Below the pieces are notes generated by a model, which had not been told where the DNA came from, did not search any database, and saw nothing but the letters and a program-made list of their open reading frames with translations. Shown piece by piece: positions 38,655 through 51,221 of a DNA stretch of 64,000 nt. Origin of the DNA: Lama guanicoe (Eukaryota); assembly GCA_013239625.1 (NCBI GenBank), contig MU054187.1, forward strand, positions 21,207,280-21,271,279, given 5' to 3'. Positions within the stretch are counted from its first letter, which is position 1; each line of letters opens with the position of its first letter. A program made the translations under genes and the position numbers.

Positions 38655-39165
38655 TTGTTTTGTTTTGTTTTGTTTTTGTTTGAGTTTTTTGTTTGTTTGT
38701 GTCATCTTTTCTTCGTGGTGAGCATGGCCAGAGGTTTGTCAATTTTGTTTACTCTTTCAAAAAAACAGCTCTTGGTTTGATTGATTTTTTTCTATTCTTT
38801 TTTTTCTTAATCTCTATTTTATATATTTCCTTCCTGATCTGTATTCTTTCTTTCCTTCTGCTTTATGTTTTGTTTGTCCTTCTTTTTCTAATTCTTTTAG
38901 GTGGTAGTTTAGGTTGTTTATTCGAAATTGTTTGTGAGTTTTGAGGAAGACGTATCACTATGAACTTCCTTCTTGGGACTTCTTTTGCTGCATCCTGGAG
39001 ATTCTGTGTGGTTTTATTTTCATTGTCATTTCTCTCAAAGTATTTTTTAATTTCTTCTTTGACTTCGTCATCGACTCATTGGTTTTTTAGTAGCATGTTG
39101 CATAGTCTCCATGCAGTCGTTTATCTCTCGTTTGTTTTCCTGCGTTTGCTTTCTAGTTTCATGCC
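38655..39165 (-). mobile_element. LINE-1 internal ORF2 fragment with A-rich tail and 13-bp TSD
   Basis: Minus translation includes QNLQDAAKEVPRRKFIVI and KINQTKSCFFERVNKIDKPLAMLTTKKR (L1 ORF2 just after the endonuclease domain). (AAAAC)n tail; TSD cttagcaaatctt at 38642-38654 and 39166-39178. Confidence 0.9.
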
Positions 39166-39187
39166 CTTAGCAAATCTTAAATGAACA

Positions 39188-39600
39188 AAATGATCACCAC
39201 AATCAAGCATTAGCTAGACACATCCATCACTTCACATGGTTACCGTCCTCCACCACCACTCTCCCACTCTCGTGAGAATGCCTGTACACCCTCTTTAGCA
39301 AAGTTCAAGCACGTGCACAGCATTGTTAACTACGGCGCCGTCTGCCCTTTGGCTCTCCAGAACTTACCCACCTTGCACAGCTGAGACTTTGTGCCATTTG
39401 ACCAACATCTCCCCGTTTCCCCTTCCCTCTAGTACCAACAACCATCATTCTACTCTCTGCTTTTGTTGAGTTTGACCATTTAAGATTCCATATATAAGTG
39501 AGATCCTTTCATGATTTATACATATATTAAAACATCAAGTTGTACACCTCAACTATATACAATTTTTTGGTCCATTTTACCGCCATAAAGCTGAAGAAAA
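39188..39600 (+). mobile_element. L1MA/MB-like 3' end with 5' inversion
   Basis: 39188-39505 is reverse-oriented 3'UTR. 39517-39600 is the forward terminal segment (tatacatatattaaaacatcaagttgtacacc..cataaagctgaagaaaa). Confidence 0.8.
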
Positions 39601-41699
39601 CAGAAGCAAAATGAGAGACATTAAAAATCATTAGTAAGATCTGAGAATTATTTTTTACACAAACTTTATTTACCCATATACCTCCTTTTAACCAGTTAAG
39701 CACTTGCATGTTTTAAGCACTGAACACAGACGGTAGAGACCTGTTGTGTATTATGCTCCTGCAGTATGATTTAGGGAACTCCCAGGCAAGGCAAAGCCAA
39801 TCAAGAAGAAATCATGGTGTTTTCTCATATTTCCAGGGAAAAGGCCTAACCTTGGATTTAATTGAAGGATATAAAACTCATTGGCATTTCCTGAGCAAAA
39901 ACCTATTCTCTTGTTATGAGAGCTTATAAATAAGGTGATTTTAAATAATTTATTTTCTCCTATGTCCAGGATGATATGCAGCAGGATAAATGTAACATCA
40001 TGTGTGTAATGCTTCCTATAAACCTGAAATGTGATGATTTCAAAAAACTCAATTTTCAAAATGTTGCAAATGGTTGCTTTTCAGTGTCTTTTAGAGCTGC
40101 GGTGTTTATTTTGCAACCTTTTTCTCGCCTTTTACTTTATGACATCTGGTAAACTTTTCTGATAATCAAGGCTGAATAACTTATAACATCTACAATCAGT
40201 ATGTAATCAAATATGATGAAAAAACATTTACACATGCTTATTTCATTCATATATATATACATATATATATATGTATATAAATGAACTTTTTTTGAAGTGT
40301 TGCCATTTAACATTTTATCCTGTAGCTCTGGAAATTGAAACGTTCTTTTTGTTATTGCTGTCCTGGCATGAATGGGAATATTCAAAATTAATGTGGTTTA
40401 ATGATGGCAATTAAAATCCAGGTCTTTATGTTTTACTTTGTGTGTCCTTATCTCCATTCGAACACTGATTTGGGGGTTAATATGGATATTTGTAGGAAAA
40501 CTGCATTCTGAGGAGTCATTTCTAAATACTTGGCATCCAAAATGTTACCAAATGAAAATTAATTGCTTTTCATAAAAAAAGGACATTTTACAACACCATG
40601 TAATCACATTAAAATAATGACTGGCCTCACTAATGGAAATTAAATGTGATGCTGGGTGTGCTGGCAGTGTGGCCTTGAAAGCTAGGTGTGCATGTAAAAG
40701 TGTGATTTCTGTCCCTGCTGAGCAGATTTTTTTATTCTCAAAATAATTAGTTCTGTCAAATAATTAATGTTGTTGATAGGACTAAGTTGAGAATATACAA
40801 GCTCCCTCACATATATTATAATTATTTGGAATGACAAGATGATATTAAACAATAATCTTCAATTCTGGCTGTCAAACGTGATCAGATAGTTTCTCCTAGT
40901 ACTGAGGTTCGTGTTAATAACCTTGAAGGTAACGTGTAAGTCATCATCTGTAGTCCCATTTACATGCGGGATATTCGTTGTAGCCATTGAATTTAATTTG
41001 TGTGTGTATATAGGAAATGTTACTGTTTTTACAAAACACTGCAGCCATCAGGAGATTAGTTCTTGGCCAGTATTCAAATTTTCATATACTGTTTTCTAAA
41101 ACTTTTTAAAATGATGGAGTTATGTACATTCTCGTGTTTCTGTTGCTCTCCAAAATTAGATAACATCTTTAAAATACATAGTTTGCCCTTCAAATGTCAT
41201 TACACATCCAATTTCTCTTTCACCATAGATGTTTTAGAAGGCTAGAAATTATGAATCATGTCTTATATAAACATTCAAATACAATTTGTTAGCCAACATA
41301 ATTCTGTATAAAACTGTGAAACTTTATGATATTCTAACTAAAATTATCAAAATACTTCCTATTTAATATTATTCTGTAGGTCCATGGTCAATGCAATAAG
41401 ACAGAAACATCGTAATATATTTCAGAATGATCATTTCCTACAGGCTACATAAAAACAAAGTGTTTTTTTTATAAGTGTTCAAATAAGTTGGATTATATTC
41501 ATCTATTGGTTTGTGTCCACTTTTAAGTCTGCATTTCTCTCCCTGTCTCTTTCTGCCTCATAAAATCAAGATCTTTGGGGATGGCCTCTAGGTGTCATTA
41601 AAAAAAAAAACCTCCTTAGGGGATAATTTTAGTGCATCCAGAACTGGGACCTGTTGATCTATGTTTAGAAAAAAATAGAATTTTACTCAAGAATTTCAA

Positions 41700-43985
41700 A
41701 AGAAGCCTAAGGTAAATCAAAAATTTCCAGCCATGTTTCTGGAAGGGGAAATTGACTATTGTAAAGATAATAGGTTTTTAAAAAATTAATTTATAGCTTG
41801 TATAGCAATCCAATCAGATACCGTTTTTTTTAAAAAAACAATTTGGGAAATGTGACAAATGATTCCAAAGTTCTTATCTAAAAGTAGTTACATTTCTCTG
41901 TACTGTTTAAAAGAAGTGCAGTAAGAGAGGCACTATTAGATATTCACACACATACACATCTGTACATGTAATAGCATAATCCCGATGTAGATGAGAATAT
42001 ATCATACCCAACAGGATGTATTTGAAACCATTAGTTAAACAAGTAATTGTTCAGCAAGTGGTGTTGGAATAACTGGCTGTTCTTAGGAGAAAAAAATCAG
42101 CTGAAATTCTACAAATCCCATAGGTCCCTTGACCAAGTTATTTTTATTCCAGGAACCCAAAATAAAGTCTAAAAAAATGCACAAAGATGTCAACTTAATT
42201 ACTATTTGTAATAGGCAAAATAATCAACTCTGAAAGTCCAACAATAATTAAATTCTTATGACAGACTATAAAGTATAAAAATAGAATAATAAAATTTTAT
42301 TTTTAAAAAAGTGAAATAAGAAATAAATTGGAAGGAAAGATGATAGAATTATGTATATAATTTGGTTGGTTATTTTTATTCTTGTGTGTTTTCAGCTTTC
42401 TCAGTTTCCACATGCTTTTAAAAAAAAACATGAATCATGAGTCAAAAAACAAAAGTAATTTATATCAAATACTATACATGGGAGTTAATTTGTTCACTAA
42501 AACTTTTAACTTTCACTGAATGTCATAAAATTACTTTAAAATGACTGAATTTTTTGTGGTAAAGGAAGACAACATTAAAATGCCCTTTTAAAAATGTTAT
42601 CTATGTATTTAATTCAGATTCCATCAAAGACTCTTTTTTTTCAGTGTTAATCACATTTTTTTGTTTTATTTGTTTAGTACCCCCAATGCCATGTTGAATA
42701 GAAGTAGTCATAAGGAACATACTTGGATCTTTCCCAGTCATTGAGGGAAGAACTTCAAGTTCTCACCTTTAAAAATGATGTCTAAGTGTTGATTTTTTTC
42801 CAGCTTTATTGACATTTAATTGATGTATAACGTTGTGTAGGTCCTTTTAAGATTTACAGTGTGAAGATTTTATACATGAAAGACCCACTCTTTAAAAACA
42901 GCTAGAAAAGTAATTGAGTATATTTAGAAGAGTGGATTTGAGAGAAAAATTTGACAAAGAACAGTATAGAATCTTTTGACCCATATATTTTAATATCAGA
43001 ATGATAAAAGTTGGCACAGCAATAGAGAAAATATTATTGACTAGAAAGAAATTCCAGAGAAATGTTTAATTATTGTGAGAATTTAATATATAAAGATGCC
43101 TCATTTGTGTCTATTGGAAGAAATGGTAGTATAGTTAATAACATTGAGATATTGCCATCTATCTGTGAAAAAATCAATTCTACCTCTAAGCCTTTAAAAC
43201 CTAGTGAAAACACAGGGGGAAAGGGTATAGCTCAGTAGGTACAGTGCGTGCCTAATATGCTTGAGGTCCTGGGTTCAATAGCCAGTACTGCCATTAAAAA
43301 ATAAAAGATAAATAAATAAATAAACAAATAAACAAACAAACCTGATTACGTCCCCCCCGAAATAAAACCCCAAAAACTAATGAAACCAAACCAAAAATAT
43401 CCTGAAGATTGTAAAGATTCGGAAGTAACGATTAATTATTCAAGTATTTAAAAGATGCAGAACTATATATTAATCCAGATGTGAAATCCAAAAAATTTAA
43501 AGGAAAATACTAATATATCTGATTTCATAAAAAAAAAATTCCTTGCTGATAAAAGTCACGATACAAAGAGAATCCTGGGAGATACTGAAGTAAAATAAAG
43601 AATTACTATGTTTTCTGTGCCAAGAACACCTAAAAATTGATAAGAAATATACAATAAACCCAGTCAAAAAGTAGACAAATGACAACATGCAATTCAAAGG
43701 AAGTAAAAGCATATGGATAGTAAATATATGAAATGATGTTAAAGATCACTAATAGAGAAATATATCAAACATTTTAAAATTATTTATTGCAATGGCAAAA
43801 ATCAGGTGTTTGCATGGTAATAGTATAAAGTTAAACAAAGTATATTTAATCTGTTATAGCGAATATTATGCCAGATTTAAAAAGAACGAGAAACTCTATA
43901 TATGTATTGATCTGAAAGTATGTCCATATTATATTGTTAATGTGAATAATATGTATGATATGATACTTAAGTGTGATAGGTAGGT
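41700..43985 (+). mobile_element. Patchwork of decayed L1ME-like fragments (mostly +, short - pieces at ~42650-42860)
   Basis: gacaaatgattccaaagttc, ttcagcaagtggtgttggaataactgg, aaatatatgaaatgatgttaaagatcactaatagagaaat, gaatattatgccagatttaaaaagaacgag. Confidence 0.55.
43216..43371 (+). mobile_element. tRNA-Ala-derived SINE (camelid vic-1-like), full length
   Basis: gggggaaagggtatagctcagtaggtacagtgcgtgcctaatatgcttgaggtcctgggttcaatagccagtac, (TAAA)n, aaacctgattacgtccccccc, A-rich tail. Degenerate TSD aaaacctagtgaaaaca / aaaaactaatgaaacca. Confidence 0.9.
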
Positions 43986-45219
43986 TTTGCTGTATACAGA
44001 GATAAACAGATACATGCACACATGGACACATACCAAGTAAAGCTATATTAAGTTTCAGGTTAAATTAGTCAAAGATAAAGAATCAATACAGAGGAGTGGA
44101 GGTGATATACTCCAGCACACATTCCCTTGGCCGCAAGGTCATGAGCTGGGAGATTGGAAGGGCTCAATTATTGCTATATCCTGCTCTTTTATACTCAGCA
44201 TATAAATCACCAATTGCGGGGGAAATTTTACATTGCCAATCTACGTCATGCTGTGTATTGGAATGTTACAAATATTGGACTCTCCTGTCTTAGGAGGCAA
44301 ATTCAGTATCAGCAGCACTGCATCCCCATCTGAGAGAAACAAGGAGAGTCAGATAATGTCCATCCTTGAACAGTACATCTGCATCCATCTTTTCAGCATC
44401 CTGGGATTCCCGCTTACCACCAGCCTGCACTAGATTCTGACTCAATACCTTTTAATCTTCTTGGTTTTAAAATAGAGTTTCCTCTGGGCTTCAGAATTCC
44501 AGAAACATTTCCCTCCTCCATAATGATTTTGTGCCTAAAAATTTGATAAATTCCTATATACATTTTGTGTATGTTTATAATATGCTTCAAACAAGATGGG
44601 CAAATACACATAAAACAATTCACATTTTAATGGAGGAAGTGGAGAGGTATGTTAATATTGGAAGGAAAGATTACATTTTTATTTATAAATTTTTTTGTTA
44701 CATCACTTATTATATATTAACAATAAATTGTATTTTTGTCAGTTAAAAATGTTTTCATAAATAAACATCTAAAATAGAAACATTAATATAGAAACTTTGG
44801 ATGATTTAATTAATATTCAATGAAAAAAATCTAAAATTTCATGAGATTGGAAATATTTTTAAATGCCAGTCTTGAAATAGAATAAGTAAAAAGCCATAAG
44901 GGAAGTCACTAAAATTTTAACAATAGTTATTAGATGCTGGGGTTAAAGAACCATAAAAATGTTGGCAATAATACATCGTGCATGGGATCACTCAATGTAT
45001 GATGGCTATTTTGTGTATCTTCTTTATATTTCTTAGCATACTGTCATACCAAACTCCATATTTACTATTTAAATGGTAGCAGTGACAAAGGTAACATTGA
45101 TTCAATTGACCATGACATTGGAATGATACTATTCTCTGTAACTTCTAGTTTTGTTTCCATGCATCATTATTATTTTCCCTTATGACCAGCTCTGTTCCAG
45201 CTAGACCACCATGCTCTCA

Positions 45220-45430
45220 CTAATATTTTAAGTGCTTACTGTGCACCTAGGTACTGTAATAATTGCCTTCATCTCATTTCCAGGCTCTTGAGAAAAGCGA
45301 TTCCATCATCTCCATTTTACAGATAGGTGAGGGAAGTTAAAGAGCTTTCTCAAAGACATACAGCTGATAGGAAATTGTGTTGTCATTGAACCAAGGCTTC
45401 TCGGTTCCAGACTCTATGCTTTTTTAGTAT
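45220..45430 (-). mobile_element. MIR SINE
   Basis: aagtgcttactgtgcacctaggtactgt...catctccattttacagataggtga..agttaaagagctttctcaaagacatacagct. Confidence 0.75.
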
Positions 45431-47429
45431 CCTGTAATTGCCTTCATGTCCAAAATGTAATACATAGAAACTTGGATTTTTCTAAGTTTTCTCCTTGTCA
45501 TTAATTATTACAAAGTTTATCATTCAAATTTTCATTCCCTAAAACACTAATAACCAAAATGTTTTATGAAATATTAGGTTATTAGATTTTTTCAGGTTTG
45601 GAAATGTATTTAGTTATGCTAACTGAAATAATGATTTGTCTTATGACAAAGAAGTTAAGTAGTTTTCCTAAATTCCATTAGAATTAAAAGTGGTTTTGAA
45701 ATTTAAGTTAAATAATATATTAATTAGGTCACAGTAGACTAACTTCCAGGTACTTTGTATTTTATCCAAAAATGTGGTTTAAATTGTTCAGCAGATAAAT
45801 AAATCTATATTCACAAGTTACCCATACTAGTTCTGACCTTTCAGTAGTTTAGCTGAGCTAGAATGTAAGTAAAATTTTCCCTGGTGGAAATATCATTTTT
45901 AGATTGAATCCTTTCAGCCTAAATCAATCTGTTCTTTAAACTTTCAAGATACCAGATCTTTTTGCTCTCTTGTGAAGCTAACAAAGGCAATATATAAGTT
46001 TCTACATCTGAAACCTTTCACAAGGCAGAGTTCAATTTAACCAAAAATTGTGTATACTTATATAATCAAAGAAAAGCTGTCATCTAGGTGGTATTTATCT
46101 AGAAACCACTTACTTTGACAAAAGTGTCTGACACATACTATAGAAGTGGCGTTTTTTTTTCCATGACCTGGTAAATTAATGATAGTGGAGTTTGCATTGT
46201 CCTCCACTATTTCTACTCTGCACTTTCCCTTTTTTCTTAAAGAAAAAAAAATTCTAGAATTACTAGGATACTATCCCCAAAGCCTATTTATCCATCAGAT
46301 CTAGAAATATAATTATTTGACTTTAAGATTCTGTTTTGATTTATTCTTACTAACTGCAGGTGCACAGAATTAAGTTAATAATTCTCGGTTCATGACACAC
46401 AGGCATCATTGGTCCATGTGTGACCCATTTCATTCTAATTAATTATTTAATTATCAGATACTGAAATCTAATTATGAATTCTTCAAGTGTGTAGTTCTAG
46501 AGTAAAGCAATATGCAGAAATTGTGACTGGGTGGGATACACTAATAGTCTTTCAGGCTGAAATGCAGGCTGTGGCATCTGGTTAGTATCTTGCAATTAGG
46601 AGGAAATAAAAAGGTCCACCTAAGTACAAAGTATATTAATTTGCCATCGAGGATGGACTGTCAAGTCTCATTAAGCACATAGCATTTGGGTTTGCCCCTT
46701 TGTTGCTCTGTGACACAGGAGATAAGCCCGAGTGACTTTACAGCTCACAGAGGTTTATTTTTCCTTCCAATGGCGGGGTACCTGTTTGGCACAGAGAAGG
46801 TCTTACCCTGTATTCGTAGAGGTGAGCTCTAGCCAATGACTCTGAACACTGCTGCAGACAAGTACAAGCAGTTTACTTGGGTTTATTTGTCACACAGTAA
46901 TTATTAAGTCCTGATATCAATATATTTCACAATGAGCCAAAAGCGAATTGTGGGTTTTTGCTCTGAAAGGCCTTGTGTACAAAGCTAATCGTTTCTGAAG
47001 GAGGGAATTAAGGACATACTTCACAGGTTGATACCTGGCAATAGATTAATGGCTGACATTTCCAAGAATCTGTGTCGAATTTAAATAAACACTTGTTAAC
47101 TTGATGCATTAGTCAATGTGCTCTTGTTGCTATTGTTGTAAAGGGAAATGATTCAGAGAAAAAATTAAAGGAAGGCATGTTAGACACATGAAAGGGTCTT
47201 ACAGTACTTCAGAAACACTATTTTTAAGATTATTATCCCTCAAGAATAGAAATCTCGTACAATGTGATGTTCAGGTTTGCACACCTTGAGAATAAGGTAA
47301 GATCCAATAATGTGTGACAAGGTAAATGCTTTTCCAAGTGCTTGAGACCTTTGCTAAAGTTACAATGAACGAGTTAATCCAATGGTTTATACTAAAATGT
47401 CTCACAAGCAGAAACAGTGTTGTATTATA

Positions 47430-47635
47430 TAAATGCTATATTAGGTGTTAACTGGTGTGGAACTCAGCCCTATAGCTGTATGATCAATATCACTGGATAT
47501 TTGAGCCTTAGTTGGTTTCTGTGTAAATGGTACCAGTGATATAAGTCCCATTTACTTCACAAGGTTATAAAGAAGCAACGAGATTATAATAGTTAAGCAT
47601 TTTACAAGCTTCAGATTACTATATAAATGCAAGCA
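47430..47635 (+). mobile_element. MIR SINE
   Basis: agctgtatgatc..ttgagccttagtt..ctgtgtaaatgg..acttcacaaggtt. Confidence 0.55.
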
Positions 47636-47702
47636 ATTTAAATAAAAATCGTGAAAGGAGAGATAGTATGACAGACATCATTATCATTTGTTAAGCTAGT
47701 AC

Positions 47703-48323
47703 TGTTACCAGAATGGTTTCCTGGCCCCACAGTGGGGTCCTACCTTTGGCCGAGATTCCTTGTCTCCACCAGGGAGGTTCTTTTTCCAGTTGGATTTGCA
47801 CAGCCAGTAAGGAAACTGAGGCTGAGACCGGAACAGCACAAGCTTTATTCAATGACCAAAAAATGGGGAAGCAGAAACCTAGTTAGCCAGTCAACTTCTC
47901 AACCCAATTCCAGTGGAGACACCAAATATACAGGAGGGTAGAAGTAAAAGGGAGGAATTTGGTAAGAGTGGGAGGAATATTCATGAGTTATCTGAGAACA
48001 AGGGTGTGGTTTGGATGTGGAACTGATGCAATTCTCCTTTTCAGTCTTTGTATGGACTTTTCCAGTTGTTGTTATGGCAGCCGTCAGCCATCCTGGTGCT
48101 GGTGGAATGTGGCATTTAGCAGGCAAGTGTATTACAATGAGCATGTAATGAGGCTCAAGGTCTCCTGGACGTCAGATCTTCTGCCATCTTGGGCCTAGTT
48201 GGTTCTAAACAGTTCTTGTTTTTTCAATCTTTGCAGCTTATGTCCTGAAACTTAGATAAGTGTAATTGGTTTCTACTTGTGGGAGGGCTGGAGGTATAAT
48301 TCTAGGCAATAGCGTTAGTAACA
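47703..48323 (-). mobile_element. ERV1-type solo LTR
   Basis: Terminal inverted TGTTAC...GTAACA; exact 4-bp TSD GTAC at 47699-47702 and 48324-48327; minus-strand AATAAA (tttatt ~47844). Confidence 0.88.
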
Positions 48324-49024
48324 GTACTGTATGCTAAATACTGAACAAATTATCTGTAATATTTTTTAAAGCTGAAGTTTTCAAAGGTTGTCTTGCAATT
48401 GAGTTTTATCTCATAAAGAAGTATACCCCGTTCTACTTAGGGGAAATCAAGAATGCAGAGAACTTAAGCATTTTGCCTTAGGTCATGAATCTTAAGCTAC
48501 TGCTACCAGGCTGATGATGTACTATAAAAATTCTAATCATGAAGGAGTTCAAATAAATCTTTCAAACTCAGGTAGACATATTTTATAAGATTTGAGAATT
48601 AATTATAAGAAGGATAAATATCCATAAACGTGTAAATGAACATGAATGTGACTACGGCTCATAAGTAAATAGCTAGATTTGGGATTCCAAAAATATTGTT
48701 CTGCTTACACATCTGCTTGCTAAAATAATTTTAGAAAAAAATACACATAGTGTGTTGATTACATATGTACTACATTATGAAAGGCATCTGGTTGGAAAAG
48801 GAGAAATTCCTAAAAACTACAACACATTATATGCTGCATTTTAAAGAGGTAGGGGGGTATCTGCTAGGATGGGCACATCTTTTGATATACAGATCACTAG
48901 GGTTGGTGTTAAGACTTCAATGCGGTTCTTCAAAGGAGAGCATCTTCTCAGAATGAGAAAGAACTGAGTGCACTGAGGTGCTCTGCTTCCTTGTCAAGTC
49001 CTCCAGTACTGAAATTTTGAAATG

Positions 49025-49240
49025 AGTCGTGCTACGATGGGCTGGAATGAAGCTCAAATTGTCTGAATCCAGACTCCACTCTTTTGTTGTTGTTTCGCTT
49101 TGGACAAGTTAGCCTCTGTGTGTGTCATTTGACTGATGTGTAGAACGTGAGTAACACTGCTTGCTTGCCCTGTTTTGCTTTAATTTGGTGATGACTTGTG
49201 AACTGTCTAGGACAGCCTCTGACAAATGTTGGAGCCCACC
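49025..49240 (+). mobile_element. MIR SINE
   Basis: tgaatccagactccact..ctttggacaagttagcctctgtgtgt..taggacagcctctgacaaat. Confidence 0.55.
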
Positions 49241-50875
49241 AAGGGGCAGCTGTTAGTAACCCAATGGAGAGCAGACAGGATGAAGTCTAGCTAAAATCTT
49301 GATAGCTATTTTGGGTTTTTTTGGCTTATTTTTCTTTGTTTTCCCCCTCGGTTGCTTTCTTTTCCTCCTCTTTCTTTTCAGAAACCTGAGGGACTTTCTT
49401 CTGTTTTTTGTTTGTTTGTTTGCTTTTTGTTTGTATTTTTCTTTTCTCCATCGAGAGGTTGTAACTTAAGACCAACACATCTATGTTAAATTGTGCCTCT
49501 TCTCTGTATACTGTGTACACGTACAAAGCAAATCATATGTCAGCCTAACGTTGTTGAAGTATCACTTTATGAAGTGTTTAAAATGTGCATAATGACTACA
49601 GGTAATAAGGATTAGTTCCATTGAACTTCAGTTCTTATATCAATACCTTAGTGAAGAAATTTACCAGCCAGAAGACAGTATTTAACCAGCAGTGAGTGTC
49701 CACGGTGGAAGTGGCTGCCAACCCCCCCTTTTTTTTTAACTCCACGATGCACAATTCATGACTTTTGGCCATTACTTGAACATCTTTCTTTCAGGTTTCA
49801 TATCAGGATATGCCTTATCTTGCTACAGTCAGATAAAGTTTCAATGGTTTAGTTTTTTAAAACTGATGCGTATATTCTAAATTAACTTTCTTGATACTCA
49901 CTATAATAGATATAAATTATCTCATAAAATATAAAATATGGAAGAAAGTTAATATTAATGAAAATTTATCTCATATAAAGTCCTTTGAAGATAAGAAACA
50001 CCAATGTGTGACACACACCTAGGTCTTCTGACATCCTTTAGTTTTACAGAGTAAGAGAAAACAATGCTGCTTCTAAAATTAACAGCATACTTTGCATTTA
50101 GTATCACTGAAGAATCATAAGAACTATTAATGGGGTAAGATCCTCTGAATGCTAGATTTTGCTTGCTCTCCAGTGTTTTTAAAATTTACCAGTGGACATC
50201 AGCTCTGTCTCAGTCTGAGAGCAGGCATCATGTGCCCTGTCCCGTATTCTAAGCGGCCGTTGTGTTGTGTGTGGATTGAGGCCGGCAGATGTCGGCTGCC
50301 CCAGAAAAGACATAGGGTCTGGCAGGTGCTAATGCTACTGTAGATGAAGAAGTCCTCTGGAGAGCCCTCAGAGTTCTAGCAGGTGGTCTCCTAGAAGTGG
50401 CTGTCATGCATAAAGTGTTTTATGGAAACTTAGAGACAATTAGGTAACAGTACGAATAATGCCTACTGAATGAATATGTAATAGCAAGAAAGTAACAGCA
50501 TTCTTTCAAAACCCATTTTGGCTCCTGGACTCTCAAGCCTTTAAAACCTACTTATGTAGTTACAATATCTGTGTTTCTCTGTATAAAGTTGGAAACCTTA
50601 CTGCTTGTGTTTATGACCCTAAGCGACATTCAATTTCATTTTACTGAATAAACCACACAGCTATCAACTAAACAATGGCTACATAGTGATAGCTATTATT
50701 TCTAAATACACTTTAGTAAAATACAGGCTTTTTCTTTACACAGTGGAGGGAATCACTCCCCATCCCATTTTTTTTAAATAGCTCTTCTTTCCTGTTTGAA
50801 CCTATTATGTATTGTGGATGCTAAAATGTTTTTGTAGAGAGGAATGTGTTTATACACCATTTTAAAATAATGAGA

Positions 50876-50900
50876 TCCATTCCATATTTGGAATGGAATG
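50876..50900. promoter_or_regulatory. CArG box overlapped by inverted MCAT (TEAD) motifs
   Basis: CCATATTTGG 50882-50891; CATTCC 50878-50883; GGAATG 50890-50895 and 50895-50900. Confidence 0.4.
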
Positions 50901-51178
50901 TCCCTTAATTCAGTCCGGAGTACATATTCCTGTCAATGCTGTTCACAAAAATTGTGAAGATGTTTAAAAAAAATACCATTAACAATAGTGGTCAAAAGTA
51001 TTTCTTACATATCTCTGGTTCTCAAAATTGTGCCTCTTCTCTTTCCAGAAATTTGATAGTCCCTGCCAGGTTGTGAATTTCATTCTATTTAGTTTATGTA
51101 TATATTTAATTTACATAGGCCCTTCTACTTGATTTTGATGGTTGTTCATGCCAAGAAGGACAGCAGTCACTCTTTGCA

Positions 51179-51190
51179 TAGATAGGTAGG

Positions 51191-51221
<31 letters not shown>
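51179..51221. repeat. (TAGA)n / (TAGG)n tetranucleotide microsatellite
   Basis: Directly visible. Confidence 0.95.

Noticed and set aside
38693..39184. Hydrophobic + strand ORFs as membrane proteins
   Set aside because: Antisense reading of A-rich L1 ORF2 gives Phe/Leu-rich artefacts.
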